A DNA stretch of 32,000 bases from Methanocaldococcus jannaschii DSM 2661 (GCF_000091665.1 NC_000909.1:964603-996602), one strand, 5' to 3'; positions 10,004-18,501 are shown, counted from the stretch's first letter. The notes: generated by a model not told the origin, from the letters alone. A program made the numbers and translations.

Positions 10004-13000
10004 ATGGAGAGGTATGAAATCCCTAAAGAGATTGGAGAAATAATGTTTGGCTTGTTGTCTCCAGATTACATAAGACAGATGTCAGTTGCTAAGATAGTTA
10101 CACCAGACACTTATGATGAAGATGGTTATCCAATAGATGGAGGTTTAATGGACACAAGATTGGGAGTTATAGACCCAGGTTTAGTTTGCAAAACATGTGG
10201 AGGAAGGATTGGAGAGTGTCCAGGGCATTTTGGGCATATAGAGTTGGCTAAACCAGTAATTCATATAGGATTTGCCAAAACAATATACAAGATATTGAAG
10301 GCAGTTTGCCCACACTGTGGAAGAGTAGCAATAAGTGAAACTAAGAGGAAAGAAATTTTGGAAAAGATGGAAAAATTAGAGAGAGATGGAGGAAACAAGT
10401 GGGAGGTTTGTGAAGAGGTTTATAAAGAAGCTTCAAAAGTTACAATCTGCCCACACTGTGGAGAGATAAAGTATGATATAAAGTTTGAGAAACCAACAAC
10501 CTACTACAGAATTGATGGAAATGAGGAAAAAACATTAACTCCATCAGATGTTAGAGAGATTTTAGAGAAGATTCCAGATGAAGATTGTATCTTACTCGGC
10601 TTAAACCCAGAGGTTGCAAGGCCAGAGTGGATGGTTCTCACCGTTTTGCCAGTTCCACCAGTAACTGTAAGGCCATCAATTACCTTGGAAACTGGAGAGA
10701 GAAGTGAAGACGATTTAACTCACAAGTTAGTTGATATCATCAGAATCAACAATAGATTAGAGGAGAATATAGAAGGAGGAGCACCAAACTTAATTATTGA
10801 GGATTTATGGAATCTGTTGCAGTATCACGTAAATACCTACTTCGATAACGAAGCTCCAGGTATTCCACCAGCTAAGCACAGAAGTGGAAGACCATTAAAA
10901 ACCTTAGCTCAGAGATTAAAAGGTAAAGAAGGAAGGTTCAGATACAACTTAGCTGGTAAGAGGGTTAATTTCTCATCAAGAACAGTTATCTCTCCAGACC
11001 CATGTTTAAGTATTAATGAAGTTGGAGTTCCAGAGGTTGTGGCTAAAGAGCTAACCGTCCCAGAGAAGGTAACGAAATACAACATTGAGAGAATTAGGCA
11101 GTTATTAAGAAATGGTTCAGAGAAACACCCAGGAGTTAATTATGTTATAAGAAAGATGATTGGTAGAGATGGAACAGAGCAGGAATATAAGGTTAAGATA
11201 ACTGAAAGCAATAAAGACTTCTGGGCAGAGAATATAAGAGAAGGAGATATTGTTGAAAGGCACTTAATGGATGGAGATATTGTCTTATACAACAGACAGC
11301 CATCACTGCATAGAATGTCTATTATGGCACATAGAGTTAGAGTTCTCCCATACAGAACATTTAGACACAATTTATGCGTATGTGTAGATGGAGACACCAC
11401 AGTGTTGTTAGATGGGAAATTAATTAAAATTAAGGACTTAGAAGATAAATGGAAAGATGTCAAAGTTTTAACTTCAGATGATTTAAATCCAAAACTAACT
11501 TCATTAAGCAAGTATTGGAAATTAAACGCAGATGAGTATGGAAAGAAGATTTATAAAATAAAAACAGAGCTTGGAAGAGAAATTATAGCAACAGAAGACC
11601 ATCCATTCTATACAACAAATGGTAGAAAGAGATGCGGTGAGTTGAAAGTTGGAGATGAAGTTATAATATATCCAAACGACTTCCCAATGTTTGAAGATGA
11701 CAATAGAGTAATAGTTGATGAAGAAAAAATCAAGAAGGTAATTAATAACATTGGAGGAACTTACAAAAATAAAATTATTAATGAGCTAAAAGATAGGAAG
11801 TTAATTCCTTTGACATACAATGACCAAAAGGCATCAATATTGGCAAGGATTGTTGGACATGTAATGGGAGATGGTTCTTTAATAATAAACAATAAAAATT
11901 CAAGAGTTGTATTTAGAGGAGATATTGAGGATTTAAAAACAATAAAAGAGGACTTAAAAGAATTAGGTTATGATGGGGAGGAAATAAAACTACATGAAGG
12001 AGAAACTGAAATAACAGATTACAACGGCAAGAAAAGAATAATTAAAGGCAAAGGTTATAGCTTTGAAGTTAGGAAAAAATCGTTATGCATACTATTAAAA
12101 GCCCTTGGTTGTGTAGGTGGAGATAAAACTAAAAAGATGTATGGCATTCCAAATTGGATTAAAACTGCTCCAAAGTATATAAAGAAAGAGTTTTTATCAG
12201 CCTACTTCGGTTCGGAATTAACAACTCCAAAAATTAGAAATCATGGGACTTCATTTAAAGAGTTATCATTCAAAATAGCTAAGATTGAGGAGATATTTGA
12301 CGAAGATAGATTCATTAAAGACATTAAAGAGATGCTAAAAGAATTTGGTATTGAATTAAAGGTTAGGGTTGAAGAAGGCAATCTAAGAAAAGATGGTTAT
12401 AAAACAAAAGTTTATGTTGCGTCAATATACAACCATAAAGAATTCTTTGGAAGAATTGGATATACCTATGCTAACAAAAAAGAAACATTAGCAAGATATG
12501 CTTATGAATACCTCCTTACAAAAGAGAAATATCTAAAAGACAGAAACATTAAAAAATTAGAAAATAACACCAAATTTATTACATTTGATAAGTTTATAAA
12601 AGAGAAATGCCTTAAGAATGGATTTGTAAAAGAAAAAATTGTAAGTATTGAAGAAACAAAAGTAGATTATGTCTATGATATAACTACAATCTCAGAAACT
12701 CACAATTTCATTGCAAACGGCTTTTTAACAGGAAATTGCCCGCCCTACAACGCTGACTTTGATGGAGATGAGATGAACTTACACGTTCCACAATCAGAGG
12801 AGGCAAGAGCAGAGGCAGAAGCTTTAATGCTTGTAGAAAAACACATCCTTTCACCAAGATTTGGAGGGCCTATAATTGGAGCTATACACGACTTTATTTC
12901 AGGAGCTTATCTCTTAACCTCAAACTACTTCACAAAAGATGAAGCTACTTTAATCTTAAGAAGTGGGGGAATAAAGGATGAGTTATGGGAGCCAGATAAG

Positions 13001-14029
13001 GTAGAGAATGGAGTTCCATTATACTCCGGTAAGAAGATATTCAGTAAAGCATTACCAAAAGGATTGAATTTGAGATATAAAGCAAAGATTTGTAGAAAGT
13101 GTGATGTGTGCAAAAAAGAGGAATGTGAATACGATGCCTATGTTGTAATAAAAGATGGGGAGTTAATTAAAGGAGTTATTGATAAAAACGGTTACGGGGC
13201 AGAGGCAGGTTTAATCTTACACACAATAGTTAAAGAGTTTGGTCCAGAAGCTGGAAGAAAATTCCTTGACTCAGCTACTAAGATGGCAATAAGGGCAGTG
13301 ATGTTAAGAGGATTTACTACAGGAATTGATGATGAAGATTTACCAGAAGAAGCATTAAAAGAGATTGAAAAAGTCTTAGATGAGGCAGAAGAGAAAGTTA
13401 AAGAAATCATCGAGAAATATGAAAGAGGAGAACTTGAATTGCTTCCAGGTTTGAACTTGGAGGAGTCAAGGGAGGCATATATAAGCAATGTTTTAAGAGA
13501 GGCAAGAGACAAAGCTGGAGCTATTGCTGAGAGATACTTAGGTTTGGATAACCATGCGGTTATCATGGCAGTTACTGGGGCGAGAGGGAACATCTTAAAC
13601 TTAACACAGATGGCGGCATGTTTAGGGCAGCAGTCAGTTAGAGGTAAGAGAATCTTTAGAGGTTACAGGGGTAGAGTATTGCCTCATTTCGAAAAAGGAG
13701 ATTTAGGAGCAAGGTCTCACGGGTTTGTTAGAAGTAGTTATAAGAAGGGGTTAAGTCCAACAGAGTTCTTCTTCCACGCTATGGGAGGTAGAGAAGGATT
13801 GGTTGACCAGGCAGTTAGAACTGCTCAGTCTGGTTACATGCAGAGAAGATTAATTAACGCTCTACAAGACTTAAAGACAGAGTTCGATGGAACCGTTAGA
13901 GATTCAAGAGGAATTATGATTCAATTTAAGTATGGAGAGGATGGAATTGACCCAATGCTTGCTGATAGAGGTAAGGCAGTAAATATTGACAGAATAATTG
14001 ATAAGGTTAAGATGAAGTATAACCAATAA
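10004..14029 (+). CDS. rpoA1: DNA-directed RNA polymerase subunit A' (Rpo1N), interrupted by an in-frame intein
   Basis: Rpb1 N-terminal motifs (Zn-binding CxxC...CPGHFGH, RPEWM, NADFDGDEMN). The ORF is open from 9992, and ATG 10004 follows GGTGA. The host sequence ...YRTFRHNLCV | CPPYNADFDGDEMNLH is split by 452 foreign codons. Confidence 0.95.
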   Translation: MERYEIPKEIGEIMFGLLSPDYIRQMSVAKIVTPDTYDEDGYPIDGGLMDTRLGVIDPGLVCKTCGGRIGECPGHFGHIELAKPVIHIGFAKTIYKILKAVCPHCGRVAISETKRKEILEKMEKLERDGGNKWEVCEEVYKEASKVTICPHCGEIKYDIKFEKPTTYYRIDGNEEKTLTPSDVREILEKIPDEDCILLGLNPEVARPEWMVLTVLPVPPVTVRPSITLETGERSEDDLTHKLVDIIRINNRLEENIEGGAPNLIIEDLWNLLQYHVNTYFDNEAPGIPPAKHRSGRPLKTLAQRLKGKEGRFRYNLAGKRVNFSSRTVISPDPCLSINEVGVPEVVAKELTVPEKVTKYNIERIRQLLRNGSEKHPGVNYVIRKMIGRDGTEQEYKVKITESNKDFWAENIREGDIVERHLMDGDIVLYNRQPSLHRMSIMAHRVRVLPYRTFRHNLCVCVDGDTTVLLDGKLIKIKDLEDKWKDVKVLTSDDLNPKLTSLSKYWKLNADEYGKKIYKIKTELGREIIATEDHPFYTTNGRKRCGELKVGDEVIIYPNDFPMFEDDNRVIVDEEKIKKVINNIGGTYKNKIINELKDRKLIPLTYNDQKASILARIVGHVMGDGSLIINNKNSRVVFRGDIEDLKTIKEDLKELGYDGEEIKLHEGETEITDYNGKKRIIKGKGYSFEVRKKSLCILLKALGCVGGDKTKKMYGIPNWIKTAPKYIKKEFLSAYFGSELTTPKIRNHGTSFKELSFKIAKIEEIFDEDRFIKDIKEMLKEFGIELKVRVEEGNLRKDGYKTKVYVASIYNHKEFFGRIGYTYANKKETLARYAYEYLLTKEKYLKDRNIKKLENNTKFITFDKFIKEKCLKNGFVKEKIVSIEETKVDYVYDITTISETHNFIANGFLTGNCPPYNADFDGDEMNLHVPQSEEARAEAEALMLVEKHILSPRFGGPIIGAIHDFISGAYLLTSNYFTKDEATLILRSGGIKDELWEPDKVENGVPLYSGKKIFSKALPKGLNLRYKAKICRKCDVCKKEECEYDAYVVIKDGELIKGVIDKNGYGAEAGLILHTIVKEFGPEAGRKFLDSATKMAIRAVMLRGFTTGIDDEDLPEEALKEIEKVLDEAEEKVKEIIEKYERGELELLPGLNLEESREAYISNVLREARDKAGAIAERYLGLDNHAVIMAVTGARGNILNLTQMAACLGQQSVRGKRIFRGYRGRVLPHFEKGDLGARSHGFVRSSYKKGLSPTEFFFHAMGGREGLVDQAVRTAQSGYMQRRLINALQDLKTEFDGTVRDSRGIMIQFKYGEDGIDPMLADRGKAVNIDRIIDKVKMKYNQ
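11381..12736 (+). mobile_element. intein with LAGLIDADG homing-endonuclease domain inside rpoA'
   Basis: Starts at Cys codon tgt 11381 (CVDGDTTVLLDG, block A) and ends ...ANGFLTGN at 12736, followed by the +1 Cys of CPPYNADFDGD. 1356 nt = 452 codons. Dodecapeptide motifs LARIVGHVMGDGSL and KKEFLSAYFGSE. Confidence 0.92.
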
Positions 14030-14103
14030 ATCTCTAAATTCAAAAATTTCAAAACTTTTTCAAAACAATTTTTACATCTTTTAATTTTTTAAGGTGAGAA
14101 TAC

Positions 14104-16683
14104 ATGGACATGGAAGCATTAAAACAAAAAATTGAAGGTTTAGATATACCACAATCATTAAAGGATGAGTTGTTTGAAAAGTTATCAAAAGAGAAGGATT
14201 TGACAGAAGAGATGGTAGATGAGATTATTGATGAGGTTGTTAATGCCTATAGAAAGGCTTTAGTTGAGCCTTATGAGGCGGTAGGAATTGTTGCTGCTCA
14301 ATCCATTGGAGAGCCTGGGACTCAGATGTCTCTACCTTATGAAGAAAAGATTATAATCAAAGAAGGAGAGTTTATAAAGCCAGTTGAAATTGGAAAGTTA
14401 GTTGATGAGATGATTGAGAGATTTGGATTTGAGAAGATTGGAAATAGTGAGGTTTGTGATTTGCCTATTGACATCTATGCCTTAAGCTTAGACCAAGATG
14501 AAAAAGTGCATTGGAAGAGGATAATAAGCTGTATAAGACATAAGCATAATGGAAAATTGATTAAAATAAAGACAAAGTCAGGTAGGGAGATAACTGCAAC
14601 ACCATATCACTCCTTTGTTATAAGAAAGGACAACAAAATAATCCCAGTTAAGGGTAGTGAGTTGAAGATTGGAGATAGAATTCCAGTTGTAAAGCACATA
14701 CCCGCAAACTGTGTTGAGGCTATAAACATCTCCGACTATGTTTCTGGTAACTATGTTGTAGATAACATTAACAATAAAATAGCTCCAAAAATAAATGGTA
14801 AATCGATTCCAAACAACATAAAATTAGATTATGACTTTGGCTATTTCATAGGAATCTACTTAGCAGAGGGTTCAGTAACTAAATACTTTGTTTCAATTTC
14901 AAACGTTGATGAACTTATCTTAAATAAAATTAGAGCATTTGCAGATAAACTTGGTTTGAATTATGGAGAGTATGATAACAACAACGGATTCGCAGAAAGC
15001 CATGATATAAGGATTTATTCATCAACATTGGCAGAATTTTTATCAAACTTTGGCACATCATCAAACACTAAAAAGATTGCTGAGTTTGTGTTTGGAGCTA
15101 ATAAGGAGTTTGTTAGAGGATTAATTAGAGGTTACTTTGACGGAGATGGAAATGTAAATGCAGATAGAAAGGTTATAAGAGTTACTTCAAACTCAAAAGA
15201 GTTGATTGATGGAATTGCAATATTGTTGGCAAGATTTAACATCTTTAGTATAAAAACTAAGACGAAAAATCAGTTTGTACTGATAATTCCACACAGATAT
15301 GCTAAAAAATTCCATGAAGAAATTAACTTCTCAGTTGAAAAGAAAAAATCTGAATTAGAAAGGCTTGTAAGTAGCTTAAATGATGATAAAACCTACGATT
15401 CAATCGACATGATTCCTTCAATTGGAGATGCATTAACTAAGTTGGGAGAGAAAGTTGATTATCCAAAGGTAATTTTAAAGAAATTTGAAAGAAAGCAGAA
15501 AATTGGAAGAGCTACATTACAAAGACACTTAAGAAGAATAGAAGAATTGGCAGTTAAGAAAGGAGTAAATATCTTAGCTCTAAAAGAGTATTGGTTGTTA
15601 AAGAAGGCAGTTGAAAGTGATGTAATTTGGGATGAAATTGTTAAGATTGAGGAAATAAGTTGTGATAAAAAATACGTTTATGACATAAGCGTTGAAGGTT
15701 TAGAGACATTTACAACCTTTGATGGAGTTTTAACTCATAACACAATGAGAACGTTCCACTATGCAGGGGTTGCGGAGATTAACGTTACCTTGGGTTTGCC
15801 AAGGATGATTGAGATTGTAGATGCAAGAAAAGAGCCATCAACACCAATTATGACTATCTATCTAAAAGAAGAATATAAAGATAATAGAGAAAAAGCTGAA
15901 GAGATAGCGAAGGAGATTGAAAGTTTAACCTTGGGAAGTATAGCTGAAAGCATAAGTATTGATTTATGGACTCAATCTATAAAAGTTGAGTTGGATGAGA
16001 ATAGATTAGCTGATAGAGGATTAACAATAGACGATGTTATTGAGGCAATTAAGAAAAAATTAAAGGTAAAGATTGATGTTGATGGAACTACTTTATATTT
16101 AAAAATAAAGACTCCATCAATAAAAGCTCTTAGAAAGAGAATCCCAAAAATCAAAAATATACAATTAAAAGGAATTCCAGGAATTGAGAGGGTTTTAGTT
16201 AAAAAAGAGGGAGGAGAATATGTTTTATATACTCAAGGTTCAAACTTAAGAGAAGTGTTTAAAATTGATGGGGTTGATACAACAAGAACAATAACCAATA
16301 ACATCATTGAAATCCAAGAAGTTTTAGGTATTGAGGCAGCAAGAAACGCTATAATTAATGAAATGAGAAACACGTTAGAGCAACAGGGGTTGGAGGTTGA
16401 TATAAGGCATTTGATGTTAGTGGCAGATATAATGACTGCTGATGGGGAAGTTAAGCCAATTGGAAGACATGGAGTTGCTGGAGAGAAAGGTTCTGTCTTA
16501 GCAAGAGCTGCATTCGAAGAAACTGTTAAGCATCTATATGCTGCTGCAGAGAGGGGAGATGTTGATAAACTGAAAGGGGTTATAGAAAACGTTATTGTTG
16601 GAAAACCAATATACTTAGGAACTGGATGTGTTGAACTAACAATAGATAGGGAGTACGAAGAGGGTAAAAATATGGAAGAGTAA
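14104..16683 (+). CDS. rpoA2: DNA-directed RNA polymerase subunit A'' (Rpo1C), interrupted by an in-frame intein
   Basis: Rpb1 C-terminal motifs: SIGEPGTQM | TMRTFHYAGV (trigger-loop region) split by 471 codons, then GIEAARNAIINE and VGKPIYLGTG. AAGGTGAG RBS 5 nt upstream of the ATG. Confidence 0.95.
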   Translation: MDMEALKQKIEGLDIPQSLKDELFEKLSKEKDLTEEMVDEIIDEVVNAYRKALVEPYEAVGIVAAQSIGEPGTQMSLPYEEKIIIKEGEFIKPVEIGKLVDEMIERFGFEKIGNSEVCDLPIDIYALSLDQDEKVHWKRIISCIRHKHNGKLIKIKTKSGREITATPYHSFVIRKDNKIIPVKGSELKIGDRIPVVKHIPANCVEAINISDYVSGNYVVDNINNKIAPKINGKSIPNNIKLDYDFGYFIGIYLAEGSVTKYFVSISNVDELILNKIRAFADKLGLNYGEYDNNNGFAESHDIRIYSSTLAEFLSNFGTSSNTKKIAEFVFGANKEFVRGLIRGYFDGDGNVNADRKVIRVTSNSKELIDGIAILLARFNIFSIKTKTKNQFVLIIPHRYAKKFHEEINFSVEKKKSELERLVSSLNDDKTYDSIDMIPSIGDALTKLGEKVDYPKVILKKFERKQKIGRATLQRHLRRIEELAVKKGVNILALKEYWLLKKAVESDVIWDEIVKIEEISCDKKYVYDISVEGLETFTTFDGVLTHNTMRTFHYAGVAEINVTLGLPRMIEIVDARKEPSTPIMTIYLKEEYKDNREKAEEIAKEIESLTLGSIAESISIDLWTQSIKVELDENRLADRGLTIDDVIEAIKKKLKVKIDVDGTTLYLKIKTPSIKALRKRIPKIKNIQLKGIPGIERVLVKKEGGEYVLYTQGSNLREVFKIDGVDTTRTITNNIIEIQEVLGIEAARNAIINEMRNTLEQQGLEVDIRHLMLVADIMTADGEVKPIGRHGVAGEKGSVLARAAFEETVKHLYAAAERGDVDKLKGVIENVIVGKPIYLGTGCVELTIDREYEEGKNMEE
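14329..15741 (+). mobile_element. intein with LAGLIDADG homing-endonuclease domain inside rpoA''
   Basis: Starts at Ser codon tct 14329 (SLPYEEKIII...) and ends ...FDGVLTHN at 15741, followed by +1 Thr (TMRTFHYAG). 1413 nt = 471 codons. Motifs FGYFIGIYLAEGSV and FVRGLIRGYFDGDGNV. Confidence 0.92.
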
Positions 16684-16737
16684 AGTTTTTATATTAAAAT
16701 TTACTTTTAACATTAACATCATAAACTACTATTTTAT

Positions 16738-16797
16738 GGGGATGATGATACATCGATGTGCTGAATATTGATGATGAACGCGCCCTTCTCTGACCTT
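16738..16797 (+). ncRNA. C/D-box sRNA (2'-O-methylation guide)
   Basis: C box AUGAUGA 16742-16748; 12-nt guide 16749-16760; D' CUGA 16761-16764; 4-6-nt spacer from 16765, depending on which register of the overlapping tgatgatga (16769-16777) is read as C'; C' (A)UGAUGA 16771-16777; 12-nt guide 16778-16789; D box CUGA 16790-16793. Short terminal pairing GGGG/CCUU. The box spacing matches the archaeal 12-nt rule exactly. Confidence 0.85.
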
Positions 16798-16850
16798 TAA
16801 AAAATTTAAACAAAAATTGATTTAATTTTTTGATGTTTTTATCCTATCCA

Positions 16851-16867
16851 AAAAGTATATAAATATA
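16851..16867 (+). promoter_or_regulatory. putative archaeal BRE/TATA promoter for the rpl30e transcription unit
   Basis: aaaagtatataaatata has a purine-rich BRE-like AAAAG followed by a TATA box. It lies about 35 nt upstream of the left arm of the leader helix. The same AAAAGTATWTA motif recurs upstream of rps12. Confidence 0.4.
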
Positions 16868-16898
16868 GAGAAACTATTATCGAAAACCAATATTCTTA

Positions 16899-17021
16899 CC
16901 GGTAGGGAGTTAGGACTTTCGCAGGAGTAAATGTTTTATATTGAATATTGACATTTTTTAGATGTCTAAGTTCCAAAGTTAAAATATATTTGCCTGCGAA
17001 AGTCCTAAGAAATCCCTCCGG
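16899..17021 (+). promoter_or_regulatory. long-range 25-bp interrupted helix in the rpl30e leader
   Basis: 16910-16925 ttaggactttcgcagg pairs perfectly with 16993-17008 cctgcgaaagtcctaa (16 bp). 16899-16908 ccggtaggga pairs with 17013-17021 tccctccgg (9 bp, one bulged T). The two helices are joined by an asymmetric internal loop, G opposite GAAA. The helix encloses a 67-nt AT-rich loop and ends 26 nt before the rpl30e ATG. Confidence 0.55.
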
Positions 17022-17047
17022 AGTAAAAAATGAGAAGGAGGGAGAAT

Positions 17048-17362
17048 ATGGATGTGAATAAAGCAATTAGAACCGCAGTAGATACAGGTAAAGTAATTTT
17101 AGGTTCAAAAAGAACAATAAAATTTGTTAAACACGGAGAAGGTAAGTTAGTAGTTTTAGCAGGAAACATTCCAAAAGATTTAGAAGAGGATGTCAAATAC
17201 TACGCTAAGTTATCAAACATCCCAGTTTATCAACATAAAATAACATCATTAGAACTGGGAGCGGTTTGTGGGAAACCTTTCCCAGTTGCTGCTCTTTTGG
17301 TTTTAGATGAAGGGCTCTCAAACATTATGGAGCTGGTAGAGAAAAAGGAAGGTGGTGAATAA
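17048..17362 (+). CDS. rpl30e: 50S ribosomal protein L30e
   Basis: 104 aa starting [23 protein letters not shown]..., of the L30e/L7Ae fold family. AGGAGGG RBS at 17035-17041. The in-frame ATG at 17030 would add only MRRREN and lies within or before the RBS. Confidence 0.9.
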   Translation: MDVNKAIRTAVDTGKVILGSKRTIKFVKHGEGKLVVLAGNIPKDLEEDVKYYAKLSNIPVYQHKITSLELGAVCGKPFPVAALLVLDEGLSNIMELVEKKEGGE

Positions 17363-17913
17363 TGGCTAAGGTAAGATTAACAACAGAAGAGATTATGAAG
17401 ATTGGATTTTTTGAAAAAATTGCAAATGTCCCTATTCTTGACTGTGTATTAAATGATGAAAGAGTTGCTTTTATTGTAAAGGAGGGTGATGTAGGAGCGG
17501 CAATTGGGAAGGGTGGAGAGAACGTTAAAACAGCAGAAGAGAAATTTGGAAAGAAAGTTGATATTATTGAGTACTCAGACGACTGGAGAAAGTTTATAAG
17601 AAATATATTCGCACCAATACAGTTAGATGATGTTTGGGTTAAAAGAGTTGGAAAGGATGTTGTTGCTTTTATTAAAATAAATCCAAAAGTTAGAAGAGCG
17701 GTTTTTGGAGAAAAAGGCAAGAACTTAGAAAGAGCTTTAAAGATTTTAAAAAGACATACAAAAATTACAAAAATAAAAGTTATTGTTGAAAATCAAAAAT
17801 TTAAAAGAAAAAGAGCAAAAAGACCTGTAGTTAAAGACCAACAGCAAGAACAGACTGAAACTAAGCAAGAAACAGACGTTCAACAGGATGTAAAGGAAAC
17901 TGTTAAAGAGTAA
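17362..17913 (+). CDS. nusA: archaeal NusA-like protein (two KH domains) with a K/Q/E-rich C-terminal tail
   Basis: Its ATG overlaps the rpl30e stop (TAATG). GxxG KH signature (AIGKGGENVK; second copy FGEKGKNLE). Conserved position between L30e and S12. Confidence 0.85.
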   Translation: MAKVRLTTEEIMKIGFFEKIANVPILDCVLNDERVAFIVKEGDVGAAIGKGGENVKTAEEKFGKKVDIIEYSDDWRKFIRNIFAPIQLDDVWVKRVGKDVVAFIKINPKVRRAVFGEKGKNLERALKILKRHTKITKIKVIVENQKFKRKRAKRPVVKDQQQEQTETKQETDVQQDVKETVKE

Positions 17914-17935
17914 AAGTATTTATAAAAGTATTTAT
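17912..17935 (+). promoter_or_regulatory. tandemly duplicated BRE/TATA-like motif (putative internal promoter for rps12-rps7-fusA)
   Basis: aaaagtatttat occurs twice in perfect tandem (17912-17923 and 17924-17935), immediately after the nusA stop codon (17911-17913). It is followed by tatatgc x2. Confidence 0.35.
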
Positions 17936-18054
17936 CTTTATATGCTATATGCTGTATGGGAAAATCATTGTGTAATCTTTCCAAATTATTACTTGAATTA
18001 TTAAATTACTCAAAATCAAAACAAAACATAACATAATTATGAAAGGTGAAGATT

Positions 18055-18501
18055 ATGAGTGGAAGTAAATCACCAAGAGGAGAATTTGCTGGTAGAAAGT
18101 TGAGATTAAAAAGAAAATGGTGTAGATGGCACGATTACAACTATGTTAGAAGAGTTTTAAAATTAAAAGAGAAGTATGACCCATTAGAAGGAGCACCAAT
18201 GGCAAGAGGAATAGTTATTGAAAAAGTTGGTTTAGAGGCAAAGCAGCCAAACTCAGCTATTAGAAAGTGTGTCAGAGTTCAGTTAATTAAAAACGGTAGA
18301 GTTGTTACTGCATTCTGTCCAGGAAATCACGCTATAAACTTCATTGATGAACACGATGAGGTTATCATTGAAGGTATTGGAGGACCTAAGGGACCAAGAG
18401 CTAAGGGGGACATTCCAGGAGTTAAGTATAAGGTTATAATGGTTGGTAGAAACTCATTGAGAGAATTAGTTAGAGGAAGACAGGAGAAAATCAAAAGATA
18501 A
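18055..18501 (+). CDS. rps12: 30S ribosomal protein S12 (uS12)
   Basis: [19 protein letters not shown] is the S12 signature. The ORF is open from GTG 18046, which lies inside the AAAGGTGAAG RBS, so ATG 18055 is preferred. Confidence 0.92.
   Translation: MSGSKSPRGEFAGRKLRLKRKWCRWHDYNYVRRVLKLKEKYDPLEGAPMARGIVIEKVGLEAKQPNSAIRKCVRVQLIKNGRVVTAFCPGNHAINFIDEHDEVIIEGIGGPKGPRAKGDIPGVKYKVIMVGRNSLRELVRGRQEKIKR

Noticed and set aside
11140-11511. Antisense ORFs inside conserved genes, for example 11140-11511(-), 13192-13593(-), 8989-9342(-), 17325-17720(-), 19490-19813(-), 4026-4310(-), 2373-2687(+), 24859-25203(+) and 30934-31218(-).
   Set aside because: Each lies wholly opposite a strongly conserved protein-coding gene. 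They have S/L/F/I-rich low-complexity composition typical of the reverse strand of AT-rich, A/G-codon-biased genes. None has an RBS or a recognisable domain.
6412-16683. The split B ('' and ') and split A (' and '') polymerase genes as gene fission, pseudogenes or an assembly artefact.
   Set aside because: The A'/A'' split is the normal archaeal arrangement, and the B''/B' split is normal for methanogens and halophiles. Each piece has its own RBS and intact motifs.
17005-17016. A canonical K-turn in the rpl30e leader internal loop (G / GAAA).
   Set aside because: I tried both registers. Tandem sheared G.A/A.G pairs after a 3-nt bulge cannot form without breaking the flanking GGGA/TCCC helix. 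I therefore describe it only as an asymmetric purine loop.
17800-17913. The K/Q/E-rich C-terminal tail of the NusA-like protein as a separate gene or domain of interest.
   Set aside because: It is continuous with the KH-domain ORF and is low-complexity sequence with no recognisable motif, so it is probably a disordered tail.
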